From NCBI RefSeq assembly GCF_009914755.1, contig NC_060945.1: DNA of 64,000 bases; one strand, 5' to 3'. The position numbers were made by a program, and so were the translations under genes. Below the pieces are notes generated by a model. That model saw only the letters and a list, made by a program, of their open reading frames with translations. It searched no databases and had not been told where the DNA came from. This document shows, piece after piece, positions 60,659-64,000 of the stretch (position 1 is the first letter of the stretch; each line of letters opens with the position of its first letter). Source of the DNA: the human T2T-CHM13v2.0 reference genome, Homo sapiens.

Positions 60659-63372
60659 CTGCAAATGGAAAATAAAAAAAGGCAGGTGGAATACAAAGAT
60701 GTCTGTAATAAAAGCAATTTTATATACTTGCATGATTCCATTGCAAAAGTAGCAAATGTTCACAGAAAGGTCAAACTAATGGAGTTATTTTGTTCTTTAA
60801 TATGCCACACCATGGGCAACAATGTCCCCAAATCTGTAATGATTATCCTTGATAGCTGAGTCCAGAGACTCTATCATTAAAATTTATTATAATCTGATTT
60901 TTTTTTAGCAATTACTGCCACAACATTGCCATTTACACTTCCCCATGCCCTCATTTTTTTTTTTAAACCATGAAGTACTAAAGATAAATGAGCCTGAGGC
61001 ATTCTTTTATCTTTTAATCCTAGAGATTGTTAAGCTTCCTGTACTGTAGGAACTACCCACCTAAGCTGGCATCATACAGAATATAATTTTGCAACATATA
61101 GTTAAGATTCTGACAATGTAGTTTTTCTCTTTAGGTTAACTGGAATGCCTTTTACCGGAGGTCCAGAGAAAAACTCTACTGAGAATAAAAGCCCTAAACA
61201 GACTGTGAGCTCTCATTCAAGTTTCTTAACAATATTGATTTATCTCAAGAGTCTGCACCGTGACAATTTCTTTATCCTCTCCAAACTCAAAACTCTCACC
61301 AATTATTACTATTTTAGGGCCAAAGTTAAGGCAAAGAACCCAAGAAAGATAATTACAGGGAAACAAAAACAATGGCAAGTTAAAATGATTTACAAATATT
61401 TAAAACTTCTTTAAAAACCACCTAAACTTTCATAAGCAAAGAGGAAAAAAAAAGGGATCTTTATCTTTTTACGGTTAACTCTGAAATATTATTATAGTAT
61501 AATTATTCAAAGTATCCAATTATTTCTAAGTATCTCCAATATAACAATTTATATTATCAACTCAGCAGTACTTTTTTGTTTTTTCTTTATTTTTAAGATT
61601 ATCTTCTAAAGATCTAAGCTGAGCAGTACTCTTAATAAAATGAAATACACATGAAAATGTTAGAATGAAATATAATACTCATCTTTAAATGAAGCTATGT
61701 CTACCTCTCTTTTAATTAAAACGTAGTCACTGTATAAGGTTTAAGATTTGTTCCAAAAAATCTAAGTGACTCTGTATAACCACATTAGCATAATCTGAAG
61801 TAAACTTCTCTAGGAACAAGGTAATCGAGATGAAATACACTAATAATTCAACAATTAAAAACTATAAACTAGGTTGTCCTACTTTTGGTATGATCTAGCT
61901 GATCATATTACTGTCAAATTTTTTAGAGTTGTGTTTGCAATTATGAATGTCTTAATTTACTCAAGAAAGTTCCGAAGCAAGCGCCAAGACACTTCAAGAA
62001 GCAGCTCTCCAGGGACAAACTCATAAAGCATAGTTTAAGAAAAAGATCCTTTCTCTAGTCACAAAGGTTATGAGACCAGCTCCCACCATGCCCACTGGGC
62101 TCAGAAGAGTTTTGCCAGTAGGAAGGACATGACTGTCAACTCTTGACACTTAGGTTCCACTTCCAATCTTGACTCCAGCTCCCGGCACAGAGGAATACAG
62201 ACAAGCCTATACTTCTTCCCCACCCTAAGCAACTGATACACCACAAGTGGTATCATAACTCAGACTGCAGCTGCTTCTCCAGAAACCAGGTGATAAAGAC
62301 AAAACATGAGAAACCCTACAGAGAGGACATGGTGAATGTTATCTCATCCTGAATCTGGCCACAGACTGACTGGAACCATTAAGACCCATCAGGAAGAAAG
62401 ATCCATCAGGAAGACATAGTCTGGCAATGATCTTTTCCCAGCCATTGGTTTTAGGGTATTCAAGTAATCAACAAAGATAACAAAAGTTGAAATACATATT
62501 TAACCACACTATATGCTTACAGATTCTAAGCTAATCTACATAGCCAATAACAAAGGGAAATGTGCCTTCCAATCCAAAGTTCAGACAGGATATTTAAGGA
62601 CCACAGTTTTAATTTTTTTTTTTTTAAAGATAAGGCTGCAAAGTCCACAAATGCTTATAAACCAGTGCCTCAACCAATACTTTTATCTTAAAGAAAAAAA
62701 ATCAATTAGGAGGTCATTTGAGAAACTAGCTGTTTGCACCTAATTTTAAATGTAAACAATAAATAGTATAAGAATGCCAAACATTTTGTCAACTGACTAT
62801 CCTATTGAAAAAAACAAACTTGGGAGAAATGAAACCTTAGAAAAAATGATATCCAATGAAATGGTTTCTGAAAGAAATCAAGCATAGGCTTACTTAGATA
62901 AAAACTATTAGCAACAATGGTAATCATCATCCAGGGTAAAAAAAAAAAAAAAAAAAAAACTAATAAAAATTTGCAACTTTATATGCATATTTAGAATTGC
63001 TTGTAGAAACGTTTAAAAATAAGTTTAAACCTGAACCAGAAAAGAAAATTTTATCAGATGAGTCCCTTATATTCTAAGAATTCAGCACAGGCCAATAATA
63101 ATCTACCACCATATTGAAATAAGACTTTCCAAAGTCTTATTTAAATGTGCTTTAAGATATTATCTTTATTTCTGTTTTCAACAAAGGTATTATATTGCCC
63201 TTAAGAGATAATGCCACTAATGAAGTGAAGAAAAATGAAGCATGACTTTTCATCACTTCTAATGTTGAGTTCAGTGGGTACTTTCTGAGAATTATAGAAT
63301 GTTCTACACAAGGCCATCTAGACCTCCCTAATTTTGCCTTATTCAAAGAGATTAGTATTTTTGCATTCTTAC

Positions 63373-63562
63373 CTTTTCACTGAAACACTCAAGCAAGTCT
63401 TGGACATACCCTCGCATTTCTTGCAAAAATTTATACCGTTCACCAATACCCCCAGAAGACCCTTCTAATCTTTCAATAGCCCTGGTAGAGTCCACTCGGC
63501 TTTGCAGATGTTTCTCATGCTGCTGTCGATTTGTTTTGTGCAATTCTTTCATGGAGTCCAAC
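63373..63562 (-). CDS. PAXBP1: PAXBP1 coding exon, first in window, about exon 7 (LDSMKELHKTNRQQHEK...LLECFSEK)
   Basis: 190 nt; acceptor ttcctaag|, donor AAG|GTAAGA; GCFC-family sequence. Confidence 0.96.
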
Positions 63563-64000
63563 CTTAGGAACACAAAAGGATAAATATAACACATTTACAT
63601 CCAAAGGTCTATGGTGTCAGGACTCTTGCAATATTAAAATATGCATTTAGCTCCACTATTAGAACATAAAAATATTTGGAATGGCATCTTTTCCTCTGTA
63701 CTGCTTTTTTTCTCAAAAAACAAAAAATGGCAGTTTACAGATTTCACAGTTTTGTGGGCTAACCAAAATCTCACTGTTTTGCTTTTCCCCCCATAGCGTG
63801 ACTACACTTTTTCAGAGTCCAAGAGGTACAAACTCAGAAATGTCTTCAACAAGATCATGGAGTGGCATTTTTTATAATTTTTCGAGGCTTCCACAGAAGT
63901 AATCCAAGAAGGTAGCAGAACAAAGTATGAAGTCATCTTCTGTTTAGCTTTTGAAGCTGGGCCAGTGAATCTTCTTTGCTGATATTCTGCATCTGCTACC

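Noticed and set aside
61150-61210. Possible PAXBP1 micro-exon (ctcag|...CCG|GTAAAA)
   Set aside because: Weak donor and several competing AGs; not supportable from sequence alone

Overview
Eukaryotic, Alu-dense primate DNA. An intact AluYa5 and the protein sequences point to human; from recalled knowledge this is the SYNJ1/PAXBP1 locus on chr21q22.11. The window holds the 5' part of SYNJ1 (synaptojanin-1, minus strand, exons 1-4), a CpG-island promoter at about 31.4-32.5 kb that probably also drives the divergent lncRNA PAXBP1-AS1, and the last 12 coding exons plus 3' UTR of PAXBP1/GCFC1 (minus strand). I spliced all exons by hand at GT-AG junctions and the reading frames stay in phase. No wholly new gene system is evident. 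The most notable observations are: (1) a TSD-flanked, poly(A)-tailed retrocopy of an ERV1 transcript 42 nt below SYNJ1 exon 4, supplying a sense AATAAA; (2) a 24-bp VNTR grown out of an old L1 in SYNJ1 intron 2, whose unit variants toggle a CATATG E-box; (3) several truncating splice choices in PAXBP1 (poison exon, shifted donor, LTR-derived terminal exon); (4) a three-arm, bistable hairpin at about 35.0 kb. Repeat subfamily names come from recalled consensus sequences and repeat boundaries are approximate. No searches were run.
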